DNA of 54,994 bases from Methanothermococcus sp. SCGC AD-155-E23 (GCA_019561615.1 JAHEQA010000032.1:1-54994), one strand, 5' to 3'; positions 38,305-48,487 are shown, numbered from the stretch's first letter. Numbers and translations are program-made. Notes: generated by a model not told the origin, from the letters alone.

Positions 38305-39273
38305 ATGGGTGTACAGTTTGGTGATCTTATCCCAAAGAGGGAGATAACCTTAAAGGATCTAAGGGGTAAAACCTTGGCTATAGATGGAATGAATGCCCTC
38401 TACCAGTTCCTATCTGGTATAAGGTTGAGGGATGGTAGCCCCCTGAGAAGTTCTAAGGGTGAGATTACATCTACCTATAACGGTCTTTTCTATAAGAACA
38501 TCTATATGTTGGAGGAGGGCATTACACCTGTATGGGTCTTCGATGGGGAACCTCCCAAGTTGAAGTATAGGGTATGGGAGGAGAGGAGGAAGATGAAGGA
38601 GAAGGCGGAGGAGGAGTATAGGAGGGCGAAGGAGGAGGGAAAACTGGAGGAGATGTACAAGTACGCTAAAAGGGTTAACTACCTAGACTCCAGGATAGTG
38701 GAGAATTCAAAGAGACTTTTGAAACTTATGGGTATCCCCTATATAGAGGCACCCTCAGAGGGGGAGGCCCAGTGTGCCTATATGGTGAAGAAGGGAGATG
38801 CCTATGGGGTTGTGAGCCAGGATTACGATTCACTTCTCTACGGGGCTACTAGGGTTATTAGAAATATCACTACAAATAAACCTCTGGAGTTGATAGAGTT
38901 AGAGGAGGTATTGAAACACCTAGGTATAACCCTGGAGGATCTAATAGATATGGCCATACTTATAGGTACAGATTACAACAGGGGAGGGGTAAAGGGGATA
39001 GGTCCAAAGAAGGCCTTGGAGATTGTAAAGAGTAAGAGGGTAAAGGAGTATATCAGGTACATTCCAAACTACCAGGAGATAAAGGAGATATTTAAAAATC
39101 CAAGGGTAACTGATAACTACGAGATAAAGTTGGAGCCTCCAGATGTAGAGGGTTTAAAGAAATTCCTTATAGACGAGATGGACTTTTCAGAGAAACGTGT
39201 ACTTCCCCATATTAAAAAGTTGGAGAAGTTGTACGAGAGGAGGAAGCAGTCTACATTGGAGGCCTGGTTCTAA
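38305..39273 (+). CDS. fen: Flap endonuclease-1
   Basis: MGV, YQFLS, VFDG, EAPSEGEAQ, SQDYD, GTDYN..GIGPKKA and a C-terminal PIP box QSTLEAWF. Confidence 0.97.
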   Translation: MGVQFGDLIPKREITLKDLRGKTLAIDGMNALYQFLSGIRLRDGSPLRSSKGEITSTYNGLFYKNIYMLEEGITPVWVFDGEPPKLKYRVWEERRKMKEKAEEEYRRAKEEGKLEEMYKYAKRVNYLDSRIVENSKRLLKLMGIPYIEAPSEGEAQCAYMVKKGDAYGVVSQDYDSLLYGATRVIRNITTNKPLELIELEEVLKHLGITLEDLIDMAILIGTDYNRGGVKGIGPKKALEIVKSKRVKEYIRYIPNYQEIKEIFKNPRVTDNYEIKLEPPDVEGLKKFLIDEMDFSEKRVLPHIKKLEKLYERRKQSTLEAWF

Positions 39274-39301
39274 ATCTGAGAAAAAGGTTTGAAGTGAGAA
39301 G

Positions 39302-39871
39302 ATGATCAAGGAGTACAGATTTACAGGACTCTCGGCACTTCTAGTTCTCCTACTGATATTTCTACTTCTCTTTTTCTTCACCTTACTTCTCTCCCCAATT
39401 ATCATCCTACTTGTACTCCTCCTAATCCTCTACCTCCTATACCAGAGATTTAAAAACTCTATAAGCCAACTACTGAGAAACCTAAGGAAGAAGAAGATAA
39501 AGATATCTGAGGGTTCTACCAGGGGTGAGTTGGAGATAGAATTTGCAAGAACATCTAGAGCTACTGATTCCTTGGATTTAGACCCTGAGATGGAGGACTT
39601 TATAAAGTACCTGGTAAGTAAGGGTTTCAAATACGACACAAAAAGTGGAAAACTCTACTACGGTAGTAAGTTGGTCTATGCCCTCTACAAGAGGACCTAT
39701 CCCATTAACAACATCATTAGACTCTACGACTCTAAACCTGATGTGGACATCATAGTTCTAGGGCTTAAGGGGACTCCTGATAACCCTAAATTTATCTTCC
39801 TTATACCTGTGGAGGAATCAAGGGAGAGGATGTCCATAGAGGAACTTAAGAGGTATTTAAAAAAGCTTTAA
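39302..39871 (+). CDS. Hypothetical membrane-anchored protein
   Basis: Long Leu-rich N-terminal hydrophobic hairpin, then a soluble domain; co-directional with fen. Confidence 0.65.
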   Translation: MIKEYRFTGLSALLVLLLIFLLLFFFTLLLSPIIILLVLLLILYLLYQRFKNSISQLLRNLRKKKIKISEGSTRGELEIEFARTSRATDSLDLDPEMEDFIKYLVSKGFKYDTKSGKLYYGSKLVYALYKRTYPINNIIRLYDSKPDVDIIVLGLKGTPDNPKFIFLIPVEESRERMSIEELKRYLKKL

Positions 39872-39884
39872 AATAGGGAAGGTT

Positions 39885-40373
39885 ATGGATGTATACGAGG
39901 TGCTCTTTCAAAGGTGTCTAGAGTACACTGTTGTAGTAGAGGATAAGGAGGTTCCACTTTGGAGTATATCCAGGGAGGATATTGAGGAGAATAGGGTGGA
40001 TTTTAGAGTACAGTGGAAAAGTCTTCAGGATCTGGCAATATTTCTCTATCAACTTAAGAGGGATCAGTCCAAGTCCAAGGAACTTGTAAAGTTTCCCATA
40101 GAGGAGATACTAATAGGTATTGCCTTTTTAAATTCTGAGACATCTGAATGTTTAACAGATCCAAGGTTCACCTGTATAGTGTATCTAAGTGACCTTATAA
40201 CTGCAAGGGTAAACTGTATAGCCAAGTACTATTTCCTTGTTAAAAAGCCCCTAAATACCACAATCTTCGACGAGGTAATCCTTAAATTTCCTCAAAAAAA
40301 GAATCTTAAAGATAACCTAGAGGATTTGAAAAAAATAGTAGAGAAACTTAGGAACTTAGAGTTCCATATATAA
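39885..40373 (+). CDS. Hypothetical protein
   Basis: 162-aa ORF filling the gap, with an RBS-like GGAAGG; no motif recognised. Confidence 0.65.
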   Translation: MDVYEVLFQRCLEYTVVVEDKEVPLWSISREDIEENRVDFRVQWKSLQDLAIFLYQLKRDQSKSKELVKFPIEEILIGIAFLNSETSECLTDPRFTCIVYLSDLITARVNCIAKYYFLVKKPLNTTIFDEVILKFPQKKNLKDNLEDLKKIVEKLRNLEFHI

Positions 40374-40374
40374 C

Positions 40375-41281
40375 CTAGGTGCTAGGAGGATAGATATAAG
40401 TTTCTATCCCTCTATCACTGAGACCCCTTCCTATCCCGTATCCTAGGGTGTAGGTTAGTTGTGACATGAAGTTAAATATTTCTGGGTACTTAGCAGGTGT
40501 ATAGTCTACAATCACTGGGTTGGATATATTGGCTAACTTCTGGGCCATCTCCAATGCATCCTTCTCAGTTCCTACGTAGTCCACAAGACCTACTTTTTTA
40601 GCATCCCCTCCAGAGTATATCTTACCATCTGCAACCTTCAGGGTTTCCTCCAGGGTCATGTTTCTGTTCTCTGCAACCCATTTCACAAAGTCCATATAGA
40701 TCTCCTTTACTATCTTCTCCAAATACTCCCTCTCCTCAGGTGTTAAAGGCCTGTAGGGGCATATCTTTATACTTTCCAGCCTTTATAACAGTTACATTTA
40801 CTCCAACCTTTCTCATAAGTTCGTAGTACTGTATCATATCCAGTCTAACACCAATACTACCTACGATGGCATGCTTCTCTGCCACTATACATGTTGCAGG
40901 TGCTATTGCCATGTAGGCCCCAGATGTACCCATGGTCTCCACGTAGGCCACCACAGGTTTCTTCTCAGCTACCTCTTTCACCTTCCTTGCAAGTTTCTCA
41001 CTGGCTATAACTTCCCCCCCAGGACTGTTCACCCTTAGGATTACAGCTTTAACATTGGGATCTTTCTCCGCCCTATCCAGGGCCTCGATGTAGTCCTCCA
41101 CACCTAGGGTCTCAGTGAATAAACCCCTATCCTCGGGATGAAGTACCAGTACACCTTCTATATCTATCTTTGCAATATTACCAGTTGAAACCCCACCTAT
41201 AGCTAGGAGTATAGCTGCTCCTATACTGAGTATTAGCACTATTGCTAGTATTACTCCTATTATTATATGTCTTCTACTCAT
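40375..41281 (-). pseudogene. sppA: Signal peptide peptidase SppA (S49), frameshifted near 40760
   Basis: VNSPGG, SGAYM, VGSIGV, GKYKD in ORF 1. The frame-shifted PYRPLTPEEREYLEK joins the 40375-40722 ORF (ADGKIY..GLVD). Confidence 0.88.
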
Positions 41282-41291
41282 CCTCTCACAA

Positions 41292-41914
41292 CTACTCTAT
41301 TATCTTGTAGATGCCAGCCTTAGGTTCGTATATATAGCCCTCCTCCAGTAGCTCCTCTAGGACCTTGTCAAGTTCGTACTCGTCTATATTTACTGTCTTC
41401 AATAGCTCCTCGTATTCTATAGATCCTCTCTCCTTTATGACCTTTAAAACCATGTCCTTCTTGGGGGTCCCCTGTATACCTCCTCCATGATCTTTTCACT
41501 CTCCTCCTCCCTATCACCCTGGTAATCCTCAGAGGGTTCCTCACCCTCATCCTCCATATACCTCCTTGTTACCTCGATCTCCAACTCCCTTAACTCCCTC
41601 CACTTCTCCCTATCTTCATTCCTTATCTTGTAGAGCTCAAGGGAGATATAGGGGGAGCCCTCAAATTGACCAACCCTTCCAATTACATCTATAAGGTCCC
41701 CCTCCCTAATATCCTTACCTCTCTTTTCAAAATCCTTTACAACTACACCTCCCTCCAATTCAAAGGTGAGTATAGAGGTCTCGGAAATCCTTCTCACCTC
41801 TCCCAGTACCCTGACCCTGTGTATTCTCTTTCCCTCTATTATCAAGGTGTTACCTACTACCTTGTTCTCCAGTAACTCCTCAGGTCTAATCTTGTATGCA
41901 GTCCATCTCTTCAT
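41292..41914 (-). pseudogene. RPA32-like OB-fold plus C-terminal winged-helix protein, frameshifted near 41468
   Basis: OB fold (RVRVLG..EGDLIDVIGRV). The -1 frame gives TPKKDMVLKVIKERG...LLEEGYIYEPKAGIYKIIE*. Confidence 0.8.
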
Positions 41915-42014
41915 AACTTCACCTAGATGGATTATACTTTAACCTTAATTACTGGAGGTATAAAAAAGTAATATCGATATATGCAAATTAATTAATATAA
42001 CCTATGAAAAAATA

Positions 42015-42102
42015 TGGTGCAGGGGGGGGGATTTGAACCCCCGAACCCCTATGGGACAGGATCTTAAGTCCTGCGTCTTTGGCCAGGCTCGACAACCCCT
42101 GC
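42015..42102 (-). tRNA. tRNA-Leu(TAA)
   Basis: GCAGGGG...CAGGA-CT-TAA-GA-TCCTG, long variable arm, GGTTCAAATCC, encoded CCA. Confidence 0.96.
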
Positions 42103-42134
42103 AAAATAGATCCATCACTAGATATTGCAAACAT

Positions 42135-42152
42135 ATATATAAATTTTTCGGT
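42135..42152 (-). promoter_or_regulatory. Stable-RNA promoter (BRE-TATA) of tRNA-Leu
   Basis: ACCGAAAAATTTATATAT matches the Methanococcus tRNA box A consensus; identical 18-mer at 46723-46740. Confidence 0.8.
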
Positions 42153-42228
42153 ATCAGGGAGAAGATCTTAAAAGATTTTTATGGGGATGGTAACTATAAG
42201 AATCTTAAAACTTTAAAAGGTGATAAAC

Positions 42229-43623
42229 TTGGAGAACTTCTCAGAGTGGTACAGCGAGATACTTGAGAGGGCTGAGATATACGACGTTAGATACCCTATA
42301 AAGGGATGTGGTGTCTATCTACCCTATGGATTCAAGATCAGGAGATATACCCTGGATATACTAAGGAGACTTTTAGAGGAGAGGGGACATGAGGAGGTTC
42401 TCTTTCCCCTACTTATCCCAGAGGATCTTCTTGCAAAGGAGGGGGAACATATAAAGGGATTTGAGGAGGAGGTATTCTGGGTAACCCATGGAGGGAAAAA
42501 ACCCCTGGAGGTAAAATTGGCTCTTAGACCAACCTCTGAAACTGCCATATACTATATGATGAAACTCTGGGTAAAGGTGCACAAGGATCTGCCTATAAAG
42601 ATCTACCAGGTTGTAAACACCTTCAGATATGAGACAAAACATACAAGACCCCTTATAAGGTTGAGAGAGATAATGACATTTAAGGAGGCCCATACTGCCC
42701 ATGCAACAAGGGAAGAGGCTGAGAATCAGGTTAAAGAGGCTATAGAGATATATAAGGAGTTTTTCCATGAGTTGGGCATCCCTGTTATGGTATCTAGGAG
42801 ACCGGAGTGGGATAAATTTCCAGGTGCCGAGTATACAGTGGCCTTTGACACCATATTTCCTGATGGAAGGGCTATACAGATAGGTACTGTCCATAACTTG
42901 GGACAGAACTTCTCTAGGACCTTTGACTTAGAGTTTGAAACCCTGGAAGGTGGGAAGGACTACGCCTATCAGACATGTTACGGTATATCAGACAGGGTTA
43001 TAGCCTCTATTATAGCTATCCATGGGGATGAAAAGGGTCTCGTCCTACCTCCCAACGTCGCCCCAATCCAGGTGGTTGTAGTACCTCTACTATTCAAGGG
43101 GAAGAGGGAGATGGTGGAGGAGAAGGCAGTGGAGCTCTACAACCTGTTAAAGGATATGGGAGTTAGGGTGGAGATAGACAACAGAGACATCAGGCCAGGT
43201 AGAAAGTTCTACCACTGGGAACTTCGAGGGGTACCAGTTAGAATAGAGGTAGGTCCAAAGGACCTGGAGAATAAGATGGTTACCATCTATAGAAGGGATA
43301 CTGAAGAAAAATATCAGGTGAGGGAGGAGGATATTAAGGAGGAGATACTGGATCTCTTTGAGAGGATAAAGGAGAATATGAGGGAGAGGGCTAGGGAGAG
43401 GATGGAGAGACATATCACCACCCTGGATTTCAGTGAGGGCATCTCCCTAGAGGAGATAGTAGAGGAGGTGAGGGAGAAACTTAAAGAGAGGAAGGGTGTA
43501 ATCCTGATACCCTACAGTGAGAGGATATACAGTGAAGACTTCGAGGAGAAGGTGGAGGCCTCTATCCTTGGAGTAACAGAGTATAAGGGGAAAAAGTACG
43601 TTGTAGTTGGGAGGACCTATTAA
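42229..43623 (+). CDS. proS: Prolyl-tRNA synthetase
   Basis: [42 protein letters not shown]; TTG start after GGTGA. Confidence 0.97.
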   Translation: MENFSEWYSEILERAEIYDVRYPIKGCGVYLPYGFKIRRYTLDILRRLLEERGHEEVLFPLLIPEDLLAKEGEHIKGFEEEVFWVTHGGKKPLEVKLALRPTSETAIYYMMKLWVKVHKDLPIKIYQVVNTFRYETKHTRPLIRLREIMTFKEAHTAHATREEAENQVKEAIEIYKEFFHELGIPVMVSRRPEWDKFPGAEYTVAFDTIFPDGRAIQIGTVHNLGQNFSRTFDLEFETLEGGKDYAYQTCYGISDRVIASIIAIHGDEKGLVLPPNVAPIQVVVVPLLFKGKREMVEEKAVELYNLLKDMGVRVEIDNRDIRPGRKFYHWELRGVPVRIEVGPKDLENKMVTIYRRDTEEKYQVREEDIKEEILDLFERIKENMRERARERMERHITTLDFSEGISLEEIVEEVREKLKERKGVILIPYSERIYSEDFEEKVEASILGVTEYKGKKYVVVGRTY

Positions 43624-43710
43624 CGGTGTATCTATGTTGGAATTATCTCTCAAGGATATCTTCTTAAAATCTTTCTCTTTGGAGAGTTATAAAGTTAGAA
43701 AGGTGATCCC

Positions 43711-44583
43711 TTGAAGATCAAGCCAGAGTGTGCAACATGTATCGTAAGGCAGGTTGTAGATGCTGCCAGGGAGATATCCAGGGAGGAAGAGGTACAGTTT
43801 AAATTGATAAGTGCTGCCCTCTCCTGTATAAAGGAGGTTTACGGTCCTAAGGCTGTTCCAGCCTGGATGGGAACTAAGGTACATAGGTTCCTTAAAAGGA
43901 TAAGTGGTAACAAGGACCCCTATAGGCGTCTAAAAGAGAGGGCGAATAAATTGGCCATGAGATATCTTAAGAGTATAGAGGAGGATTTAAAAAAGTATGA
44001 TACTAAACCTCCACTGGAGAGGTTGAGATATAAGGTAAAGTTGGCTATAGCTGGAAATGTTATAGACTTTGGACCCTACAGTACAGATGTAGATATAGAC
44101 AAGAAGTTTAGAGAAACGTTAGAGAGGGATTTAATAATTGATCACAGTAGTGATTTACTTCAGGATCTAAGGGAGTGTCAGAGGATACTCTACCTCTGTG
44201 ACAACGCAGGTGAGATCCTCTTCGACAGGATACTCCTTGAGGAGTTAAAGGGATACTGTGAGGTTGTAGCTGCTGTAAAGGGAGGCCCTATACTAAACGA
44301 CGCCACCCTAGAGGATGCCAGATACGTAGGTCTTGACAAGGTGGTGAAGGTTATAACAACAGGTTGTGATGTTATAGGTGTTAAATTTGAAGAGGCCTCT
44401 CAGGAGTTCTTAAAGGAGTTTGAAAGGGCAGATATAGTTATTGCCAAGGGGATGGGTAACTTTGAAAGTTTAACTGAGTACTCCATTGACAAACCTGTCT
44501 ACTATATCTTTAAGGCCAAGTGTCCTCCTGTAGCCAAATTCCTAGGTGTCAAGGTTGGAGACAATATACTTTTAAAATCTTAA
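43711..44583 (+). CDS. DUF89/ARMT1-like damage-control phosphatase
   Basis: ECATC, DPY, AIAGNVIDFG, DNAGE, PILNDAT, AKGMGNFE, KAKC. Confidence 0.9.
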   Translation: MKIKPECATCIVRQVVDAAREISREEEVQFKLISAALSCIKEVYGPKAVPAWMGTKVHRFLKRISGNKDPYRRLKERANKLAMRYLKSIEEDLKKYDTKPPLERLRYKVKLAIAGNVIDFGPYSTDVDIDKKFRETLERDLIIDHSSDLLQDLRECQRILYLCDNAGEILFDRILLEELKGYCEVVAAVKGGPILNDATLEDARYVGLDKVVKVITTGCDVIGVKFEEASQEFLKEFERADIVIAKGMGNFESLTEYSIDKPVYYIFKAKCPPVAKFLGVKVGDNILLKS

Positions 44584-45470
44584 TCCTTAACTATCATAGT
44601 TCCAATACCTTCCTCTGTAAATATCTCCAGGAGGATGGAGTGAGGTATCTTACCGCTTATAATATGGACACTCTCTACACCTTTTTTTAGGGCGTTTATA
44701 CAGGCCTTAACCTTTGGTATCATACCTCCAGAGATTACACCCTCCCTTATCAACTCCTCTGCCTCGGAAACTGTAAGTTTTTTATAGAGTGTGGAGGGGT
44801 CATTTACATCCTCCATAACTCCATCTACATCTGTTATCATTATCAGCTTCTTTGCCCCAATAGCTGCAGCTAGATCCCCTGCAACAACATCTGCATTTAG
44901 GTTGAATACCTCACCCTCCTCCCCAATACCTATTGGAGATATTACAGGGATGTACTTCTTCTCCAGTAGTATGTCTATCAATTCAGTGTTTATCTTCTCC
45001 ACCTCACCTACCTTACCTAGATCCACCTCTATCTTCCTGTTATCCTTTATAATATACTCCTTCTTCTTTCTAGCCTTTATTAAATATCCTGATTTCCCAG
45101 AGAGACCTATAGCCTTACCTCCATACTTTCCAAGTTTTGATACAATATCACCGTTAATCTTTCCAACAAGTATCATCTTAACGATCTCCATAGTCTCCTC
45201 ATCAGTTACCCTTAAACCATGTATAAACTCAGGTTTCTTTCCCATCTTTTTCATTGCAGCGTCTATTTCAGGGCCACCTCCATGGACAACAACAGGGTTT
45301 AAACCAACAAACCTTAGGAGGACTATATCCTGTGCCACCCACTCCTTTGCTTCCTTATTTACCATGGCGTGACCCCCGTACTTTATCACAAACTTCTGAT
45401 CCTGAAATTTACATATGTAGGGTAGTGCCTCTACCAGTACCTCCGCCTTAAGTTTATTATCTATCTCCAT
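44580..45470 (-). CDS. argB: Acetylglutamate kinase
   Basis: EALPY, VIKYGG, VVHGGGP, GLRVTD, NLNAD, GGMIPK, EIFT..GIGT. Confidence 0.97.
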   Translation of the reverse strand: MEIDNKLKAEVLVEALPYICKFQDQKFVIKYGGHAMVNKEAKEWVAQDIVLLRFVGLNPVVVHGGGPEIDAAMKKMGKKPEFIHGLRVTDEETMEIVKMILVGKINGDIVSKLGKYGGKAIGLSGKSGYLIKARKKKEYIIKDNRKIEVDLGKVGEVEKINTELIDILLEKKYIPVISPIGIGEEGEVFNLNADVVAGDLAAAIGAKKLIMITDVDGVMEDVNDPSTLYKKLTVSEAEELIREGVISGGMIPKVKACINALKKGVESVHIISGKIPHSILLEIFTEEGIGTMIVKD

Positions 45471-46071
45471 CCCACTCACCTTTAAAACCCTTTATAGGAC
45501 ATAGGTACTCACACTCCCTACAGGATATACAGGAGTAGATGTCAACATCTACAATGAGGGACTTTACATAATCCTCTGGAGAGGAGATAGCTCTCATGGG
45601 ACATAGGTGGATACAGGTAAGACACATCTTACACCTGTTCTTCTCAATAGATATCCTACCTCCTTTAATACCTATTGCATCTTCAGGGCAACTCCTTATA
45701 CAGAACCCACAGTGGTTACACCTATCCCCCAAGATAACAGGGGTTTCAGGCCTAGGTATCTCCTCCTTGATAACAGGGATTGTACATACCAGTAGACAGT
45801 ACCCACATCCTATACATCTCTCCCTATCTACCTTGAACCTGTCTAAGGTTATGGCATCTGTGGGACATACCTCTATACATACCCCACAGTTCTCACAGAT
45901 AACCTCCCTAAATTTAAAAAGTCTTATAGCTCCCGTAGGACATACCTTACTACAAAGACCACATACTATACAGTTACTTAGGTCTGGATACTTCTCCTCT
46001 CTCCCTTTTTTAGGTTTTTCCCTTTGAAGGAGATGTTTTAATATTATCCTTAAAATCCCCTTACCTAACAC
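45457..46071 (-). CDS. Polyferredoxin, 6x[4Fe-4S]
   Basis: Six CxxCxxCxxxC motifs. The ORF-track N-terminus overlaps tRNA-Asp, so a GTG start at 46071 is preferred. Confidence 0.88.
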   Translation of the reverse strand: MLGKGILRIILKHLLQREKPKKGREEKYPDLSNCIVCGLCSKVCPTGAIRLFKFREVICENCGVCIEVCPTDAITLDRFKVDRERCIGCGYCLLVCTIPVIKEEIPRPETPVILGDRCNHCGFCIRSCPEDAIGIKGGRISIEKNRCKMCLTCIHLCPMRAISSPEDYVKSLIVDVDIYSCISCRECEYLCPIKGFKGEWDGDR

Positions 46072-46131
46072 AACATCCCTCTGTGTTGAAATATTTAGAT
46101 ATATTAATATAAAATAGTAAAAAAAATAAGG

Positions 46132-46206
46132 CGCCCTGGTCGGGATTTGAACCCGAGTCACAGGAGTGACAGTCCTGTATGATAGGCCCGGCTACACCAC
46201 CAGGGC
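46132..46206 (-). tRNA. tRNA-Asp(GTC)
   Basis: GCCCTGG...CAGGA-CT-GTC-AC-TCCTG...GGTTCAAATCC. Confidence 0.96.
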
Positions 46207-46214
46207 AGAGAAAA

Positions 46215-46334
46215 GTGGCTGACGGCGTCGCCCCGTTCCCACCCAAGGGCAGTACTTGGGGCATCGCTGGAGGGCTTAATTTCCGAGTTCGGGACGGGAT
46301 CGGATGTAGCCCCTCCGCTATGGCCGTCATGCCA
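46215..46334 (-). rRNA. rrf: 5S rRNA embedded in a tRNA operon
   Basis: GACGGCCAUAGCGG...CCCGUCCCGAACUCGGAAAUUAAGCC...AGUACUG...GGGAAC...GCCGUCA; ends pair. Confidence 0.95.
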
Positions 46335-46343
46335 CAGAGGTAA

Positions 46344-46420
46344 TGGCGGGCCCGAAGGGATTTGAACCCTCGACCACCTGGTTAAAAGCCAGGCGCTCTA
46401 CCAGGCTGAGCTACGGGCCC
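46344..46420 (-). tRNA. tRNA-Lys(TTT)
   Basis: CCTGG-CT-TTT-AA-CCAGG; encoded CCA. Confidence 0.96.
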
Positions 46421-46427
46421 TTGAGGA

Positions 46428-46504
46428 TGGTCCGGCGGGCCGGATTTGAACCAGCGACATGCGGATCTACAGTCCGCCGTTCTACCAGGCTGAACTACCG
46501 CCGG
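46428..46504 (-). tRNA. tRNA-Tyr(GTA)
   Basis: C1:G72 pair, GCGGA-CT-GTA-GA-TCCGC; encoded CCA. Confidence 0.96.
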
Positions 46505-46520
46505 ACTTACAATAGGGTGA

Positions 46521-46595
46521 TGGGCCTGCCCAGATTTGAACTGGGGTCTCAGGATCCCAAATCCCAAAGGATAGACCAGGCTACCCCACAGGCCC
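46521..46595 (-). tRNA. tRNA-Pro(TGG)
   Basis: GGGCCTG...TGGGA-TT-TGG-GA-TCCTG...GTTCAAATC. Confidence 0.95.
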
Positions 46596-46612
46596 AACCT
46601 GATTCTCCAATA

Positions 46613-46689
46613 TGGAGCCCCGGGGGGGATTTGAACCCCCGACCACCTGATTACAAGTCAGGCGCTCTACCAGGCTGAGCCACCGAGGC
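46613..46689 (-). tRNA. tRNA-Thr(TGT)
   Basis: CCTGA-CT-TGT-AA-TCAGG; encoded CCA. Confidence 0.96.
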
Positions 46690-46722
46690 ATTTTGTTTGC
46701 ACACAAAATAGATATATTTCTC

Positions 46723-46740
46723 ATATATAAATTTTTCGGT
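46723..46740 (-). promoter_or_regulatory. Promoter of the Thr-Pro-Tyr-Lys-5S-Asp operon
   Basis: ACCGAAAAATTTATATAT with a TGCA initiator about 23 nt downstream (46698-46701). Confidence 0.8.
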
Positions 46741-46869
46741 TAACCTATTGAAAAAATTTATATAGTAAAGATCACAGTAGTGTAAATAGTTAGCACAACT
46801 ACAGTAGTTAAAAAACTATAAAAGTTATTTAAATCAAGTTAAAATTGGGACAACAATTTAGGTGATACT

Positions 46870-47553
46870 TTGGAGATTAAAGGGCTAGGTAAGAAGTTGG
46901 AGGAGTTGCTAGATTTGGAGTACCCTGCAGTTGCTGTAAAACTTGCAAAGTCTAAGGAGGAGATCCCCGAGGGTTATAAGGAGATAGAGGATGAGATAAG
47001 GCACTGTGAGATGGTTCAGCTGGCAAGGAAGGAGGGGAAGAAATTCTATGCCACCTTAGATAAACACGCCTGTAAAGGAGGGGCCTATGCAATAGGGATC
47101 CTCCAAGATCCACCTGAACCCCTAGCTACAGGTAAGTTGTACCACAAGTTAGGTAACTTTGAAAGTGAGGAGGCTGCAAGGAGAACTGTAGAGGCCATAC
47201 CCAGGGTAGAGGAAAAGATATATGCCAGTGTCTATGCACCTCTAAGTGATGCAGACTTTGAACCAGATGCAATACTGGTAATAACAACACCTAAGAAGGT
47301 TTTAAGGCTGGTACAGGCCTTACTCTATAAAGAGGGTGGAAGGTTCCAGGGAGACTTTTCAGGTATTCAGTCCCTATGTGCAGATGCAGTGGCTGCTGTC
47401 AAGGTAAGGGGTAGAGCCAACGCCACACTTGGATGTAACGGATCCAGGAAGTACGCCCGTATAGAGGATGGGGAGATGATATTTGCATTCCCACCTTCTG
47501 ATTTAGAGAATATTGTCAAGGCTCTCCAACACTTTAAAGAGATCTGGAATTAA
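46870..47553 (+). CDS. DUF169-family protein
   Basis: PAVAVK, RHCEMVQLAR, HACKGGA, QSLCAD, TLGCNGSR; TTG start after GGTGA. Confidence 0.85.
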   Translation: MEIKGLGKKLEELLDLEYPAVAVKLAKSKEEIPEGYKEIEDEIRHCEMVQLARKEGKKFYATLDKHACKGGAYAIGILQDPPEPLATGKLYHKLGNFESEEAARRTVEAIPRVEEKIYASVYAPLSDADFEPDAILVITTPKKVLRLVQALLYKEGGRFQGDFSGIQSLCADAVAAVKVRGRANATLGCNGSRKYARIEDGEMIFAFPPSDLENIVKALQHFKEIWN

Positions 47554-47572
47554 AAATAAGGAGGTAATAAGT

Positions 47573-47824
47573 ATGGTAAAGATAGAGGTATTCACCTCTC
47601 CAATGTGTCCCCACTGCCCCCCTGCAAAGAGAGTTGTTGAGGAAGTAGTTTCAGAGATAGGTGGAGGAGTGGAGGTAGAGTATATAGATGTTATGAAGGA
47701 ACCTGAGAGGGCTGCAAAATATGGGATAATGGCAGTACCTACTATAGTGATCAACGGAGAAGTTGCCTTCATTGGTGCTCCTACAAAGGAGGAGTTGAAG
47801 GAGAAGTTAGCCCAGTACCTCTAA
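47573..47824 (+). CDS. Thioredoxin (MJ0307-type)
   Basis: FTSPMCPHCP, MAVPT; ATG at 47573 after GGAGG. Confidence 0.92.
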   Translation: MVKIEVFTSPMCPHCPPAKRVVEEVVSEIGGGVEVEYIDVMKEPERAAKYGIMAVPTIVINGEVAFIGAPTKEELKEKLAQYL

Positions 47825-47843
47825 TATATTTTTTATGATAGTC

Positions 47844-48047
47844 ATGAAGATAAGGATACTCTGTAAGGATGAAAATGAAGAAAATATTAAAGATAACTCT
47901 TTTGTAATAAGATGTAGTCTCTGTAGAGGTATAGATACTTTAACCTCCATCAAAGTTATCCTGAAGGATTACCAGGATGAGATAGATGAAATAGTCTATC
48001 CCCACTGTGACCTCTTGAAAAATATGTTAAAAAAGGTTTTACCATGA
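47844..48047 (+). CDS. Small Cys-containing hypothetical protein
   Basis: About 67 aa with a CSLC motif; TGA stop overlaps the next ATG (ATGA). Start uncertain (47835 or 47844). Confidence 0.5.
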   Translation: MKIRILCKDENEENIKDNSFVIRCSLCRGIDTLTSIKVILKDYQDEIDEIVYPHCDLLKNMLKKVLP

Positions 48048-48487
48048 GGAAGATAGATCCTATTTTTGTTTCAGCTCTATACTACGGGATAAACAAAGCT
48101 GTGGTAGATATTGTAGGTACAGGAGGACAGGTTCTTGGTAGGGAAAGTGCAAAGGAGATGATATCCTTTTTGAAAGAGAAGGGTATATTGAAAGAGAACA
48201 TGACAGATAAGGAGATAAGGGATCTCTTTGTTAACGTATTTGGGTTGGCAGAGGATTTAAAAATTGAAGATAGGGAGGAAGAGGTAGTGTTTCAAGTGAT
48301 AAAACCTACTCTCTCTCCATTTCTAGAGAGGGTGATGAAGGAGAGGATAACACCCTATGTCTGTCCATTTATGTACTTACTCTCGGAGATTTACTCTCAG
48401 AATAGAGACTACAAGTTGATGTTTAAAAATACAGTCCCTGGGAAAGAAGGTGTAAAATTAATCTTTAAAAAAATTAAACTCTCTTAA
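48044..48487 (+). CDS. Hypothetical protein, possibly with a V4R/small-ligand-binding fold
   Basis: Helical N-terminus with G..LGR..A, YVCPF motif. Confidence 0.6.
   Translation: MRKIDPIFVSALYYGINKAVVDIVGTGGQVLGRESAKEMISFLKEKGILKENMTDKEIRDLFVNVFGLAEDLKIEDREEEVVFQVIKPTLSPFLERVMKERITPYVCPFMYLLSEIYSQNRDYKLMFKNTVPGKEGVKLIFKKIKLS

Noticed and set aside
46061-46678. ORFs 46061-46330, 46343-46678, 46382-46597 (and 42033-42266)
   Set aside because: They overlap tRNA or 5S genes.
46132-46689. 5S rRNA inside a tRNA operon, away from 16S/23S
   Set aside because: The Thr-Pro-Tyr-Lys-5S-Asp arrangement is long known from Methanococcus, so it is not novel.
42015-46689. tRNA genes as integration sites of a genomic island
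   Set aside because: No integrase and no duplicated tRNA 3' end; the flanking genes are housekeeping.
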